DNA of 64,000 bases from an uncultured Rickettsiales bacterium (lineage in GTDB: Bacteria; Margulisbacteria; Marinamargulisbacteria; GCA-2716485; CAZIFG01). Both the position numbers and the translations under genes were made by a program. Below the pieces are notes generated by a model, which saw nothing but the letters and a program-made list of their open reading frames with translations, did no database searches and had not been told where the DNA came from. Where the stretch lies: assembly GCA_964539135.1 (NCBI GenBank), contig CAZIFG010000001.1:1251-65250 (forward strand), in the 5' to 3' direction. Positions 37,261-47,346 of the stretch are shown piece by piece. The first letter of the stretch is position 1; every line of letters begins with the position of its first letter.

Positions 37261-38538
37261 TTGGTAGATTCTATTGGTGCGGCTGGGCAATATGCTATTC
37301 CTCAAAATACACGACGTGTAGAACGCCCTCGTTCGGCTGAAGAATCTCAATCTCGTGAATTTAAGCTGGATAATACAGGGGCCTCTACAGAGGCACATGC
37401 GGCTACTGCTATAGAAGATGTTCAAGCGGATGCCAATAAGGTTCGAAAAAATAAAGAAGCATCTGTTCAAGAGCGTCGGAGTCAACTGACCGATACAGAT
37501 TTAGGTGACATGCTTCTTAAATTTAAAAAGCCTGTTACTCCTCAGTATAAGCAAATTATTACGGCTCTTTTAGAGCGAAATCAGCCTATTACCAAAGAGG
37601 CGCTTGATGGCATTAAAACCCTTATTGATGGCAATTCAAAACCCAATTCGATTCAAGCGGCGGTGATTGCCTATTCTAAGGGCCTTTCTACGTCTTCTAA
37701 AGGAACGGATTTGATATCGTCGTTTTTATCTCATTTTACGTCTTTTACAGAGAATACATCTGCTTTAAATACCTCTTTAAATCAGTTGCGTTTTTCACTT
37801 TCTAATTATGGTAAATTGTTTGAGCCCTCGTTTTTATCGTCTTTTTCGGCCATTTTATCTGGATTTGGAGATGAGCTTAAAAAGCTGACGCGTGTTCAAC
37901 AGGAAGGCTCTTTGGAAGGGTTTGAATTGGGGCGTGAAAAGATGATTGGAGACCTTAAAACATTATTGGGTTTCCTTAAAGGGGTAGAACATCAGGTCAT
38001 TCAGCGTGGTGCGGATGTGCCGGTTTCTTTGGTTAAATCCTTTTTGTCGGATGTGCTTCCTTTTAGACAGGATTTGTCTGCGCTTTTAGATGATTTATTA
38101 ACGCAAATGGTTTTGACTAAAACTGATCTTCATGCGATGGCAAATCAAGATTTTGCCTATTGGTTATTGCCTAATTTATGGCCTGGGATTAAGAGGGATA
38201 TCGAGCTTTTGATTCGACGCCAAAAACGGGGTAAAAAAAGTGTTGTACTCCCTGAAAAAACACAAATTATTTTGAAGTTTGAAACCCCAGAAATGGGTGA
38301 AGTCACTATTGTTATGGATTTTCTGGATCGGACTATTTCTTACGTGTTTCATACTACAGCAGGGGATACCAAATCCTATATTGCTTCTCTGTTACCTGAT
38401 TTGAGGTATAGAATGGCCTCTCACAACTATCAACTTACACGGGTTCAAACACGCGAAAATTCTTTTGTAGATGTGAAATCTTTAATTTTACCCACGATTA
38501 ACCTAAATTCCATGACACGGATCATTACGGAGGCTTGA
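37261..38538 (+). CDS. fliK: Flagellar hook-length control protein FliK-like
   Basis: The C-terminal segment KFETPEMGEVTIVMDFLDRTISYVFHTTAGDTKSYIASLLPDLRYRMASHNYQL fits the FliK C-terminal (Flg_hook) pattern. TTG start with AGGA 7 nt upstream. Confidence 0.5.
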   Translation: MVDSIGAAGQYAIPQNTRRVERPRSAEESQSREFKLDNTGASTEAHAATAIEDVQADANKVRKNKEASVQERRSQLTDTDLGDMLLKFKKPVTPQYKQIITALLERNQPITKEALDGIKTLIDGNSKPNSIQAAVIAYSKGLSTSSKGTDLISSFLSHFTSFTENTSALNTSLNQLRFSLSNYGKLFEPSFLSSFSAILSGFGDELKKLTRVQQEGSLEGFELGREKMIGDLKTLLGFLKGVEHQVIQRGADVPVSLVKSFLSDVLPFRQDLSALLDDLLTQMVLTKTDLHAMANQDFAYWLLPNLWPGIKRDIELLIRRQKRGKKSVVLPEKTQIILKFETPEMGEVTIVMDFLDRTISYVFHTTAGDTKSYIASLLPDLRYRMASHNYQLTRVQTRENSFVDVKSLILPTINLNSMTRIITEA

Positions 38539-39014
38539 TGTCTAATTATAGGCCCCCTTTTACACCTTCTATGGTACCGCCCTCAGATCCTAAAAAAGAG
38601 AAAGAGGCGCCTGCTATTTCTTCAAAATCGGTGCGTCGAAAAGGTAAGGTTAAGGCGTCTGATATTAAGTCTCGTTTGGATCAGTTGAATTTACCTGAAA
38701 AAAGCAAGAAAAAGGCCATTGCGCTTAAATATGATGTGGATAAGGGCAAGGCGCCTAAAATTTTAGCAGTGGGAAAAGGGGCCTTTGCTGAAATGATTTT
38801 GCAGGTGGCCGAAGATCATAAAATTCCCTTTTATGAAGATGATGCGTTGGCCGATCTTTTATCTAAATTGGAAATAGACAGTGAAATTCCGCCTGAGCTT
38901 TTTGGTGTTGTGGCTGAAGTGTTGGCTTTTGTGTACCAACTTGATAAATTGGCAAAAAAACGGCAGAAGGTTCGCGATAAATATGGTACTATGCGATCTA
39001 AGGAGGCCTTATGA
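38535..39014 (+). CDS. Stand-alone FlhB C-terminal domain homologue (EscU/YscU/FlhB-C family)
   Basis: KAIALKYDVDKGKAPKILAVGKGAFAEMILQVAEDHKIPFYEDDALADLL...IPPELFGVVAEVLAFVY. ATGA overlaps on both sides. Confidence 0.7.
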   Translation: MMSNYRPPFTPSMVPPSDPKKEKEAPAISSKSVRRKGKVKASDIKSRLDQLNLPEKSKKKAIALKYDVDKGKAPKILAVGKGAFAEMILQVAEDHKIPFYEDDALADLLSKLEIDSEIPPELFGVVAEVLAFVYQLDKLAKKRQKVRDKYGTMRSKEAL

Positions 39015-39817
39015 TCATGATTTGTTTACGTTGGATGTTTGTTTTTTGTACCTTTTTGGGGTCGTCTTCCTTTCTTTTGGCCTATGAAAATTATGGGGAA
39101 GTTCAAGATCCAGGTGTTTGGGATAGTATTAATGGGATGTATGCCTTTCAGACGCATTATACGAATTGGATGTTTTATACCATGAATGTGAATACTCCCG
39201 GGTTTTTGGAACAGGGGGTTTATAATACCCGTCGGACTTCGGATAAATTGGATTCTGTGCCTTTTTTTCGGTTTAGACCTGGCCCTATTGTTGAGACTCG
39301 GCGTAAATTGGATTTTTATATTAATGCTCAGGGGCGTGGCTTTTTTGTGATTAAGTTACCAACGACTTTGGCCTATACGCGTGATGGTCGTTTTCAGTTG
39401 GATTCAACAGGGCGTTTGGTAACTATGGCTGGATCTTACCCTGTTTTAGGTACAGAGGGCGATATTTATTTGCCGGATGGATTGAGTATTGATGATGTGA
39501 CCTGTTCTCGTTCGGGTATTTTGTATGCGCAAGGACAGCGTGTTGGACAACTTCGCATTGCGGTCTTTACTAGCTTTCAAGCGATGCAATCTATGGATAC
39601 CCTGAATGGCAGTGTTTTTATTTTGACAGAGGAATTGGATTTATTGGAAGGGCCTGAGCATTATGCAATTCTTCAAGGACATTTAGAAGAGAATAATGTT
39701 TTAAAAGCGATTACTGGGGATATTTTAATGGCAAAGAACTCGTATGATGCCAATGCAAAAGTAGCGCATTTGTTAAATCGAGCAATTAATACTGGGGCGA
39801 GCCTTGCTCAACCTTAA
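39011..39817 (+). CDS. flgF: Flagellar basal-body rod protein (FlgF-like)
   Basis: NVNTPGF N-terminal rod motif, TRDGRFQLDSTGRLVT, C-terminal LEENNV. Confidence 0.65.
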   Translation: MIMICLRWMFVFCTFLGSSSFLLAYENYGEVQDPGVWDSINGMYAFQTHYTNWMFYTMNVNTPGFLEQGVYNTRRTSDKLDSVPFFRFRPGPIVETRRKLDFYINAQGRGFFVIKLPTTLAYTRDGRFQLDSTGRLVTMAGSYPVLGTEGDIYLPDGLSIDDVTCSRSGILYAQGQRVGQLRIAVFTSFQAMQSMDTLNGSVFILTEELDLLEGPEHYAILQGHLEENNVLKAITGDILMAKNSYDANAKVAHLLNRAINTGASLAQP

Positions 39818-39834
39818 AATAGGAGAAAATTAAG

Positions 39835-40638
39835 ATGTTATCCCAATTGTTTATGGCCAAGTCTGCCTTTGATGCTTTTGAACGAAAAATGCAGGTTGTT
39901 GCGAATAATATTTCCAATGCCCAAACAGTGGGGTATAAAAAACGACGTGTAGAATTGGAAAGTTTGTTTCCTTTGGTTTTGGAACGGGCTTATTCTGAAT
40001 TTGATGAAAGTGGGAGTGCTCAAGGTGCAAAACGTAAGAAATATTTGGAATATGGGCAAGGCGTTCGTATTGTAGATGTAACCAAAGATTTGGCGATGGG
40101 TACTGTTCAAATTACCAATCAACCTTTTGATTTTGCGATTCAAGGCAGCGGGATGCTTCAGTTTAGAATGCCAGATGGTACCATTGCCTATAGTCGTGCG
40201 GGAAATCTTCATATTGATGCAGATGGAACCTTGATGAATCCCAATGGACATCCTGTGGAGCCTACGATTCGTGTGCCTCGTAACGTTACAGATGTTGTGG
40301 TGACAGAAGAGGGACGTGTCTTTGTTCAAGCCGGAGAGAACCCTCAGCCTCAAGAAATTGGTCAACTTATGCTTGCTAATTTCCCCAATCCTTGGGCGAT
40401 TAAAGATTTAGGGCAAAACTTATTTGCTGAAACAGAGGCGTCGGGACAACCTACTTTAGAAGTTCCGGGGCGTAATGGTATGGGAACTATTAAACAGAGA
40501 GCTTTGGAGTTTTCAAACGTTAATATTATTGAAGAGTTAATGGATATGTTGCTGACGCAGCGATCTTTTGAGCTTATTGTAAAAACCATCGGGTCTGCCG
40601 ATGCGATGCTTAAAATTGCCAGTGACATTAGTAAGTAG
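39835..40638 (+). CDS. flgG: Flagellar distal rod protein FlgG
   Basis: VVANNISNAQTVGYKK N-terminal motif, LEFSNVNIIEELMDMLLTQRSFE C-terminal motif. Confidence 0.9.
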   Translation: MLSQLFMAKSAFDAFERKMQVVANNISNAQTVGYKKRRVELESLFPLVLERAYSEFDESGSAQGAKRKKYLEYGQGVRIVDVTKDLAMGTVQITNQPFDFAIQGSGMLQFRMPDGTIAYSRAGNLHIDADGTLMNPNGHPVEPTIRVPRNVTDVVVTEEGRVFVQAGENPQPQEIGQLMLANFPNPWAIKDLGQNLFAETEASGQPTLEVPGRNGMGTIKQRALEFSNVNIIEELMDMLLTQRSFELIVKTIGSADAMLKIASDISK

Positions 40639-41353
40639 AGGACTTTTTTTTGGCATTTTAGCCTTATTTTTAGGTACTGGGCTTCTTGCGACGCCTAAAT
40701 TGACCCCTTTGAGTGTTCAAAGTGCTGTTCGTTCTAAGTTTACTCAGAAATTATTACATGACTATCCTTATGCGATTACGTCTGACGTATCTATTCGCTT
40801 TAACACGTTTGAGGCGTTTAATGTGCCGACTTTAGCGGTGTCCATGCGCTTTGAATTTGCAGAATTTTCCAATGTTTTGGGTAAAACAGTGATTCCACTG
40901 ACCTATTTAGATGCCAATGGCCAAGACTTGGTTTCGATTCGTTTGGGTACAGAGACGACTTTGTATGCTTTTTTTGTGAAGTCTACGGCCCTTTTAAGAA
41001 AGGGGGAGATTGTTCGTCCTGAGCATTTAGAGCGTGTTCGATTGGAAGTGAATGGACGAGACCCTCAGAGTTATCATGATACGGAGTCTATTGTGGGTAA
41101 AATGGTGAGGGGGACTATTGCACAGGGGACTGTTTTTACAGATAGGATGCTTAAGATTCCACCTGTGATTAACATGGGGGCGGATGTCTTATTTGTGCTT
41201 CCAAATCAGGGCTTTACAGTGGAAGTTCAAGGAAAAGCTTTAGATGAAGGGGCTATTGGTGATATTATTAGGGTGCAATCAGCTGCAGATAACCGGAAGA
41301 TTTTGAGAGGTAAGGTGAAAGATGAAAAAACAGTTATTTTTTATAAGCTTTAG
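40601..41353 (+). CDS. flgA: Flagellar P-ring assembly chaperone FlgA
   Basis: Signal peptide. C-terminal G.V..G..V.......G..V...G.AL..GA.GD.I.V pattern. The start could be ATG 40601 or GTG 40622. Confidence 0.65.
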   Translation: MRCLKLPVTLVSRGLFFGILALFLGTGLLATPKLTPLSVQSAVRSKFTQKLLHDYPYAITSDVSIRFNTFEAFNVPTLAVSMRFEFAEFSNVLGKTVIPLTYLDANGQDLVSIRLGTETTLYAFFVKSTALLRKGEIVRPEHLERVRLEVNGRDPQSYHDTESIVGKMVRGTIAQGTVFTDRMLKIPPVINMGADVLFVLPNQGFTVEVQGKALDEGAIGDIIRVQSAADNRKILRGKVKDEKTVIFYKL

Positions 41354-41936
41354 TTTAATTTTGGTTTATTGCTCTACTCTTGGGGCTGATTCTTTATGGC
41401 AGGGTAATGGCGCGGCCTCTTTATATGGGACAGAGAGGCGTCGTATTGCAGTTGGAGATACTATTACGATTTTGATTTCGGAATCTACAGCGGCTGTTCA
41501 AGAGGCCAGTACTCAAACAAAAAAAAAGTCGTCTATTGCGACTAATTTATTGGATAACTGGGATCAAGTTGCGAATCTTTTAGGGAATGAGCAAAATCGT
41601 AAAACGTTTGAATTTGGCGTTGGGGGTAATGATCAATATGCAGGTTCTGGCCAAACCTCTCGTAGAAGTAGTGTCAAAGCGGTTGTCACAGCTATGGTGA
41701 CAGAAGTCCTAGAATCCGGTAATTTGTTTATTGTGGGAGAGCATGAGGTTAAGGTAAATGATGAAGTTGAGACGATTCATGTGGAAGGTGTGATTCGTCC
41801 CTCAGATATTTCGGCTAAAAATACGGTTTTGTCTTCTCAAATTGCTAAGGCTCAGGTGTCTGTTCATGGTGTGGGAGTTGTGGGTTCTAAACAAACACCA
41901 GGACTTTTGACTAAAATGTTTAATTGGTTATTTTAA
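41322..41936 (+). CDS. flgH: Flagellar L-ring lipoprotein FlgH
   Basis: Lipobox LVYC, SLW...VGDTITILISE and typical FlgH core. Confidence 0.85.
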   Translation: MKKQLFFISFSLILVYCSTLGADSLWQGNGAASLYGTERRRIAVGDTITILISESTAAVQEASTQTKKKSSIATNLLDNWDQVANLLGNEQNRKTFEFGVGGNDQYAGSGQTSRRSSVKAVVTAMVTEVLESGNLFIVGEHEVKVNDEVETIHVEGVIRPSDISAKNTVLSSQIAKAQVSVHGVGVVGSKQTPGLLTKMFNWLF

Positions 41937-41954
41937 TACAAAAGAGGTGATGGG

Positions 41955-43055
41955 ATGAACTCAAATAAGCGACTTGTACTTTTTGTTCTTTTTGTGTGGT
42001 TTTTTTCAGGGACTTTGGCAGAGTATGCCGTTTCTCAGGAGGTTACAGTTCGACTTAAAGATGTGGGGCGTATTATTGAAGCGCGAGAAAATCAGCTTTT
42101 AGGCTTTGGCTTGGTTGTAGGGCTTCGTAACACCGGGGATACCAAATCGACAGGATTTACGCACACTGCTTTTCGGAATTTATTGGGTAAAATGGGCATT
42201 TCATCTGGAGGGATTGATTTTAATTCTCGAAATGTGGCAGCTGTTATGGTGACGGCTGTTTTACCGCCTTTTTTAAAACCAGGTCAAAAAATTCCTGTTA
42301 CGGTGTCTGCTGCGGGTGATAGTAATAGTTTGGTAGGGGGTACCTTGCTGATGACACCGCTTCAAGGGGCGGATATGGTTACGTATGCGGTTGCTCAAGG
42401 TCCTGTGGTTGTCGCGGGTATTTCAGAGCAGTCTGTTAATGCACGGTATATGCGCAACCAAACAACGGTAGGGACTATTCCAAATGGGGCTATTATTGAA
42501 GCAGAAGTTCCGGTTACCTATTCTGATTTACATAATATTACGGTTATTTTAAACGAATCTAATTTTACAACGGTTTCAAGAGCTACTACCGCTATTCAAA
42601 AAGCTGGATTTGCAGGTGCTAAAGCTATTGATGCGAATACAATTAAAATCCCGCTTACAGATTTGGACTCTTCAGATCTTGTGAATACCATTGCGGTGTT
42701 GGAAGATATTGCGGTAATTCCAGATACGTCTGCTAAAGTTGTGATTAATTCTCGAACGGGAACAGTGGTGATTGGGGATAAGGTCAGGTTGTTCCCTGCT
42801 GCTGTTACGCATGGGAGTATTTCTATTCAGATTAGTGATTCGGATGCCACGCAAGGCTTAGCAGGAGAGAATAATGGAACGGGGATTGATGTTCAAGAAG
42901 CGGATTCTCGTCTTATTTATTTAAATCCAAGGGATACGCTATCTAGTTTGGTTAATGCTTTGAATCAAATTGGGGCCTCTCCTAAAGACCTTATTTCTAT
43001 CATTGAACAATTAAAATTGTCTGGGGCGCTTGTTGCCGAGTTAGAGGTGATGTAA
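41955..43055 (+). CDS. flgI: Flagellar P-ring protein FlgI
   Basis: RLKDVGRIIEARENQLLGFGLVVGLRNTGD N-terminal signature, 366 aa. Confidence 0.9.
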   Translation: MNSNKRLVLFVLFVWFFSGTLAEYAVSQEVTVRLKDVGRIIEARENQLLGFGLVVGLRNTGDTKSTGFTHTAFRNLLGKMGISSGGIDFNSRNVAAVMVTAVLPPFLKPGQKIPVTVSAAGDSNSLVGGTLLMTPLQGADMVTYAVAQGPVVVAGISEQSVNARYMRNQTTVGTIPNGAIIEAEVPVTYSDLHNITVILNESNFTTVSRATTAIQKAGFAGAKAIDANTIKIPLTDLDSSDLVNTIAVLEDIAVIPDTSAKVVINSRTGTVVIGDKVRLFPAAVTHGSISIQISDSDATQGLAGENNGTGIDVQEADSRLIYLNPRDTLSSLVNALNQIGASPKDLISIIEQLKLSGALVAELEVM

Positions 43056-43058
43056 GAT

Positions 43059-43466
43059 TTGGTGTTTCGTGGGGCTATAGCGCTTTTTCTATGGGGGTGT
43101 TTTCTATGTCTTCAGCTGAAGGCGCAGAATCTTCCGTATGATCAGATGCAGGATATGTCGCCTTCTATGAAATTTTATTCGGCTCAAAATAATTTTTATC
43201 CTCAAGAAGATAAAGTGATTGATGAATTTCAATCGCGATTGATTGAGGATTTATTTACTAAACCTTTGTTTGATACTCAGTCTGCTTTGTCTTATGATGA
43301 AGATGGAGATCAAGATCCAGGACAAGAAGATAATGTGATTAGTAGCAAGGCTCAGAAAGAAATTATGAATGATTTATTGTCTAAAGAATTTGCTAAAGTA
43401 CTTGCGCAAAAAGATATGTTAAAATTAAGAGAGACTTTGAGAGCTCAGATTCATCGTATGGAATAG
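43059..43466 (+). CDS. Possible rod-binding protein (FlgJ N-terminal-like)
   Basis: Position directly after flgI, a signal-like N-terminus, and weak resemblance to rod-binding helices (IMNDLLSKEFAKVLAQ). TTG/GTG start after GAGGTGA. Confidence 0.3.
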   Translation: MVFRGAIALFLWGCFLCLQLKAQNLPYDQMQDMSPSMKFYSAQNNFYPQEDKVIDEFQSRLIEDLFTKPLFDTQSALSYDEDGDQDPGQEDNVISSKAQKEIMNDLLSKEFAKVLAQKDMLKLRETLRAQIHRME

Positions 43467-43479
43467 AGGATTAACGCGA

Positions 43480-44208
43480 ATGAAAGAAGTGGATATTTCA
43501 AAATTGCAAGCTCAAAATTTGATGCAGGACCCTGCTATGATTAGCGAGGTTTTTGTGAATGATTATATGGCGATGATCGAATCTGTTGCCAGTGTTTTAT
43601 CTCGAAGTGGAAAAGTTCCTCCCTGTATTGATTTTGATGATTTAGTTTCTTGGGGAGTGGAAGGTCTGATTAAGGCTAAAAAAAATTTTAAAAATGATTT
43701 AGGGGCTCGCTTTTCAACCTATGCTTTTTATCGGGTGAAAGGCGAGATGTTGGATCGTGTTCGTTCCGAATGGAAATATAGAAATCCTGTTGAGCATGAG
43801 CAACACCGTCGACGCATTCGAGAAAAAGTAGCTGATGCTGCCAGTGAATTTTCTAAAAATACGGAGGATGCGGCGCTTTCTACATCTGAAAGTGTCAAAG
43901 GTTTATTGCGTCAGTCTACTATGGTGTATGTTTTAGCTACAGAAGATTTTGAAGTGGAATCCAGTATGAAGGGAAGTAAAAATCCTGAAGTTGAAGCCAT
44001 TGATGAAAATAATTCTGTTTTATGGGAAGAAATTCAGAAATTAGAAGGCGATGAACGAACTATTGTTGAGCTTTTTTATGTTCAGGGATTGAAACAAACC
44101 GAAATAGCTGATAAGTTAGGGTACTCAAAGAGTAAAGTATGTCGTGTGCATATGGCCTTGTTGAATAAATTAAGAGTGCGGCTTAACGAGAGATATCATG
44201 AAGAATAG
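43480..44208 (+). CDS. fliA: Flagellar sigma factor FliA/WhiG family (sigma-28)
   Basis: Region 2 (DDLVSWGVEGLIKAKKNFKNDLGARFSTYAFYRVKGEMLD) and region 4 HTH (GLKQTEIADKLGYSKSKVCRVH). Confidence 0.8.
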   Translation: MKEVDISKLQAQNLMQDPAMISEVFVNDYMAMIESVASVLSRSGKVPPCIDFDDLVSWGVEGLIKAKKNFKNDLGARFSTYAFYRVKGEMLDRVRSEWKYRNPVEHEQHRRRIREKVADAASEFSKNTEDAALSTSESVKGLLRQSTMVYVLATEDFEVESSMKGSKNPEVEAIDENNSVLWEEIQKLEGDERTIVELFYVQGLKQTEIADKLGYSKSKVCRVHMALLNKLRVRLNERYHEE

Positions 44209-44587
44209 TTTTTGGATCTTATTTTTTGTGGGCTTTTTTTTAGCTTCTCCTTTACTTGCGGAGAAGAGCTTTTTTGATGATTTTTTATTCGATAGTTCTA
44301 TGTCTGGTCTGGAAGAGGCCATTCATGATACGGGACATCGCCATGCGGTGTATAGTTATAACATTGCCAACGCAACGACACAGGGATTTAAGCCTATTCT
44401 TTTAGATGATGATCAACGTCAATTTTTTCAGCTGATTCCCAAAAACAGTGAGTATTTTTCTAAGGTGGTTATTGAACACATGTCTTCTAAAATGGCGTTG
44501 AATCGGGTGAGACAGGCCGCTTTGTTTGCCCTTTACAAGAAAAAATTTGATAATTATCGACAAGTAGTTTCTTTGGGTAAAAAATGA
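44198..44587 (+). CDS. flgB: Flagellar proximal rod protein FlgB
   Basis: YSYNIANATTQGFKP rod N-terminal motif. Size and position are appropriate, directly before flgC. Confidence 0.7.
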   Translation: MKNSFWILFFVGFFLASPLLAEKSFFDDFLFDSSMSGLEEAIHDTGHRHAVYSYNIANATTQGFKPILLDDDQRQFFQLIPKNSEYFSKVVIEHMSSKMALNRVRQAALFALYKKKFDNYRQVVSLGKK

Positions 44588-45039
44588 CCGGCTTTATATA
44601 TTCTTTTTTTATTTTTTCTTTTTTATTTTCTTCTCTTTTGCATGCGCAGAGTTTGGATGATGCCTTGTCGATTAATATGTCGGGGGTATTGGCTCAACGG
44701 ATGAAAATGACGGTTACGGCTGAAAACGTGGCCAACTTAATGACGCTTAAGGATGAGGAAACCGGCCTTCCGTATCAAAAAAAATATGTGGTTTTAGAAA
44801 CAAATGGCACGAAAGGGGTTCGTGTTAAGAGTATAGAGCGGAGTAATGAGCCTTTTGGTCGCTACTTCGATCCTGCAGCGCCTCAGGCAGATGAAGATGG
44901 TTTTTTTTATTTACCCAATACCAATATGCCGAATGAAATGATAACATTAAAGCATACGGAGGCTATTTTTGAAGCCAATGTTAATGCATTTAAATTGAGT
45001 AAAGCGATGTATCAGAGTGCGATTGAGTTACTTAAATAA
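44584..45039 (+). CDS. flgC: Flagellar proximal rod protein FlgC
   Basis: TAENVANLMT N-terminal motif and MPNEMITLKHTEAIFEANVNAFK C-terminal motif. Confidence 0.85.
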   Translation: MTGFIYSFFIFSFLFSSLLHAQSLDDALSINMSGVLAQRMKMTVTAENVANLMTLKDEETGLPYQKKYVVLETNGTKGVRVKSIERSNEPFGRYFDPAAPQADEDGFFYLPNTNMPNEMITLKHTEAIFEANVNAFKLSKAMYQSAIELLK

Positions 45040-45054
45040 GAGGAGGCTTTAGGT

Positions 45055-45594
45055 ATGGGACAATTACGTGTGAATCAAATATCCAACTCATCTGCAATGC
45101 CTAAAGGGGTTGAGGGGGCCACTTACCGTGCGGATAAACCGTTTCAATTGTTTTTAGATCAAGAAGTTTCTAAAACAGAAACCCAAAAACCCATTCCGGC
45201 TATGCCTCATGTTATCGCTCAACCTTTGGATATTAATCGTTATTCTGAAGTTGTGGCGCAGGTTATTAATAAAAATGAATTGGATCGTCTGGATAAAGAG
45301 CGTCGTACAGATCGGGATAGAGATGTTGCGGTGAGTGATGTTGATGAGCGTTCTGGAACCCGAGGGGTTGTGCCTTTTCAGATTATGATTGAAAAGGCTG
45401 TAGATTCATTGGTCGAAATTAGTAATATGGAGTATCGTGTTAATGACTTAACCCAGCAGTATATTGAGGGTAAAGTTTCTGTGGATGTTGTGAGTATGGA
45501 AGCCCAGAAGCTTAATTTAGCGATTACGTTTGCCACCACTTTGATTACAACAGTGTCGCAAACAGTCAAAGAATTAACTCAAATACCAATTTAA
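45055..45594 (+). CDS. fliE: FliE-like hook-basal body complex protein with a long N-terminal extension
   Basis: Position between flgC and fliF. The C-terminal helix VSVDVVSMEAQKLNLAITFATTLITTVSQTVKELTQIPI follows the FliE C-terminal pattern. Confidence 0.45.
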   Translation: MGQLRVNQISNSSAMPKGVEGATYRADKPFQLFLDQEVSKTETQKPIPAMPHVIAQPLDINRYSEVVAQVINKNELDRLDKERRTDRDRDVAVSDVDERSGTRGVVPFQIMIEKAVDSLVEISNMEYRVNDLTQQYIEGKVSVDVVSMEAQKLNLAITFATTLITTVSQTVKELTQIPI

Positions 45595-45603
45595 GGACTA
45601 TAA

Positions 45604-47346
45604 ATGGCAGAAGAAGATTTTGGAATTGATGATGAATTAGAGGGCCAAGAGTCCCGAACTGGACAGCGGCCTGCGGCCTCTGTTCGTCGTAGTATTATGG
45701 CGGCGGTTTCTCTTATTATCGTTGTTGCGGTGGGCTATGGCACGTATTCATTTTTTTCAAAACCTAGTTCCAAGTCCCCTCAAACAGCAGAAGCTATTTC
45801 TTTGGAAACAGCGCAAGCGGCAGCAGAGAAAGCCAGAGAAGAAGAGGCGGAACGTCTTAAGAAAATGAAATATGTTCAACTGTTTACAGGTTTGGAAGGC
45901 TCTGAAATGTCTAAGATCGTTCGGGAGCTTAGTTTTGCAGGGATTGTTTTTAAATCTGAACAAACTGGAAGTAAGTTTTCTGTTTCTGTAGACTCTGAAC
46001 GGGAAATGGATGCTCGTAATCTTTTAGCGGTTAAAGGGCTCCCTTCTGGAGGCTCTAAAGGGTATGACCTTTTGGATAATAGCCAAACCTTGGGGGTTAC
46101 AGAATTTGATAAGCGTATTCGTTTTTTGCGTGCCCTTTCTGGAGAATTGGAAAAAGCGATTTTGAAACTTGAAATGATTCAAGAATCTAAAGTGCAAATT
46201 GTCATTCCTGAACCTCGTTTATTTACGGTGTCTCAACCGCCTGTTACAGCAGCTATTTTGGTTCGACGTATTCCAGGTAAAAAAATTACGGATGATGTGG
46301 TTTTTAGTATTATTCAGTTGGTTGCCAATGCTGTTGAAAATTTACAACCTGAAAATGTTAAGGTTATTGATACCACAGGGGTGGTTCTTTCTGAAGGTGT
46401 TTTAGATCGTATGAAGGAACAAGGCGTGGGCGTTGCAGCTACCGTTACAGAGTCTGAAACGGATAAACCTGTTTTACCTCAAACCATAGAAGATGCTTAT
46501 GGTCAGCCTATTATTCCTAATTTTGATAAAATTCAAGAATGGTTTGATCTTAAATGGGCTTTTGAACAAAAGTTAATTCGCCGTGTTTCTAAACAGTTGA
46601 TGGGTGTTTTACCTGTAGGATCCTTTAAAGTTGCGATTACCAGTGATTTGGGACCTGTTGAAAATGGGGAAATCGTGGATATTCGTCGTATGACTATTAG
46701 CATTGTTGTGGACAGTCGCAATGAGGATGTTTTTTTAGATGGGGATGTTAAAACTCAAATTTTTAAAACAGTCTCTGCGGCATCTGGCTATGTTAAGGGA
46801 CGAGACGTTATTCAGTTGAGTCGTGCCGATTTTAGTTTACTTGCGCCAGAAGATTTAGAGGATATGAAGTCTTTGGAACGTGAGTATCGCTTTCAGACCT
46901 TATTTTTTAAATATGGCTACAAGGCCTTACCTTTTATTGCAGGCTTGGTGGTTTTATATTTCTTGTATCGTTTGTTTAGACGTTTAACACAAAAGGCGCC
47001 AGCGCCCCTTGTTGAAGAAGATGATTCTCGTTCTTTTCAGTTTGATGAGCTTAAGAATGATATGAATGAAAGTAAGCAGGTGGATAAATTGCGACAGGTT
47101 GCCCGCCGAGAAGCGCATGTTTTGGCGGGTGTTATGGAAAAATGGCTTTCAGAAGATCAAGAGGTGTCTGCGTCTCCTTCCCCACAACGCCCTGTTCCTT
47201 CTCAACAGCCTGAATCTGAAGAGGTTGTGGATTTTGGTGAGGATGATTTAGATCAAGATGCTTTTGATGAAAATGACGAAAATTTTGATGATCTTGGCTT
47301 TGATGATGAGTTTAGAGCAGAGGATGATCGGGAGGCAGTATCATGA
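45604..47346 (+). CDS. fliF: Flagellar MS-ring protein FliF
   Basis: N-terminal TM, GLPSGGSKGYDLLDNSQTLGVTEFDKRIRFLRALSGELEKAI (YscJ/FliF core), second TM, acidic C-terminus. Confidence 0.85.
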   Translation: MAEEDFGIDDELEGQESRTGQRPAASVRRSIMAAVSLIIVVAVGYGTYSFFSKPSSKSPQTAEAISLETAQAAAEKAREEEAERLKKMKYVQLFTGLEGSEMSKIVRELSFAGIVFKSEQTGSKFSVSVDSEREMDARNLLAVKGLPSGGSKGYDLLDNSQTLGVTEFDKRIRFLRALSGELEKAILKLEMIQESKVQIVIPEPRLFTVSQPPVTAAILVRRIPGKKITDDVVFSIIQLVANAVENLQPENVKVIDTTGVVLSEGVLDRMKEQGVGVAATVTESETDKPVLPQTIEDAYGQPIIPNFDKIQEWFDLKWAFEQKLIRRVSKQLMGVLPVGSFKVAITSDLGPVENGEIVDIRRMTISIVVDSRNEDVFLDGDVKTQIFKTVSAASGYVKGRDVIQLSRADFSLLAPEDLEDMKSLEREYRFQTLFFKYGYKALPFIAGLVVLYFLYRLFRRLTQKAPAPLVEEDDSRSFQFDELKNDMNESKQVDKLRQVARREAHVLAGVMEKWLSEDQEVSASPSPQRPVPSQQPESEEVVDFGEDDLDQDAFDENDENFDDLGFDDEFRAEDDREAVS

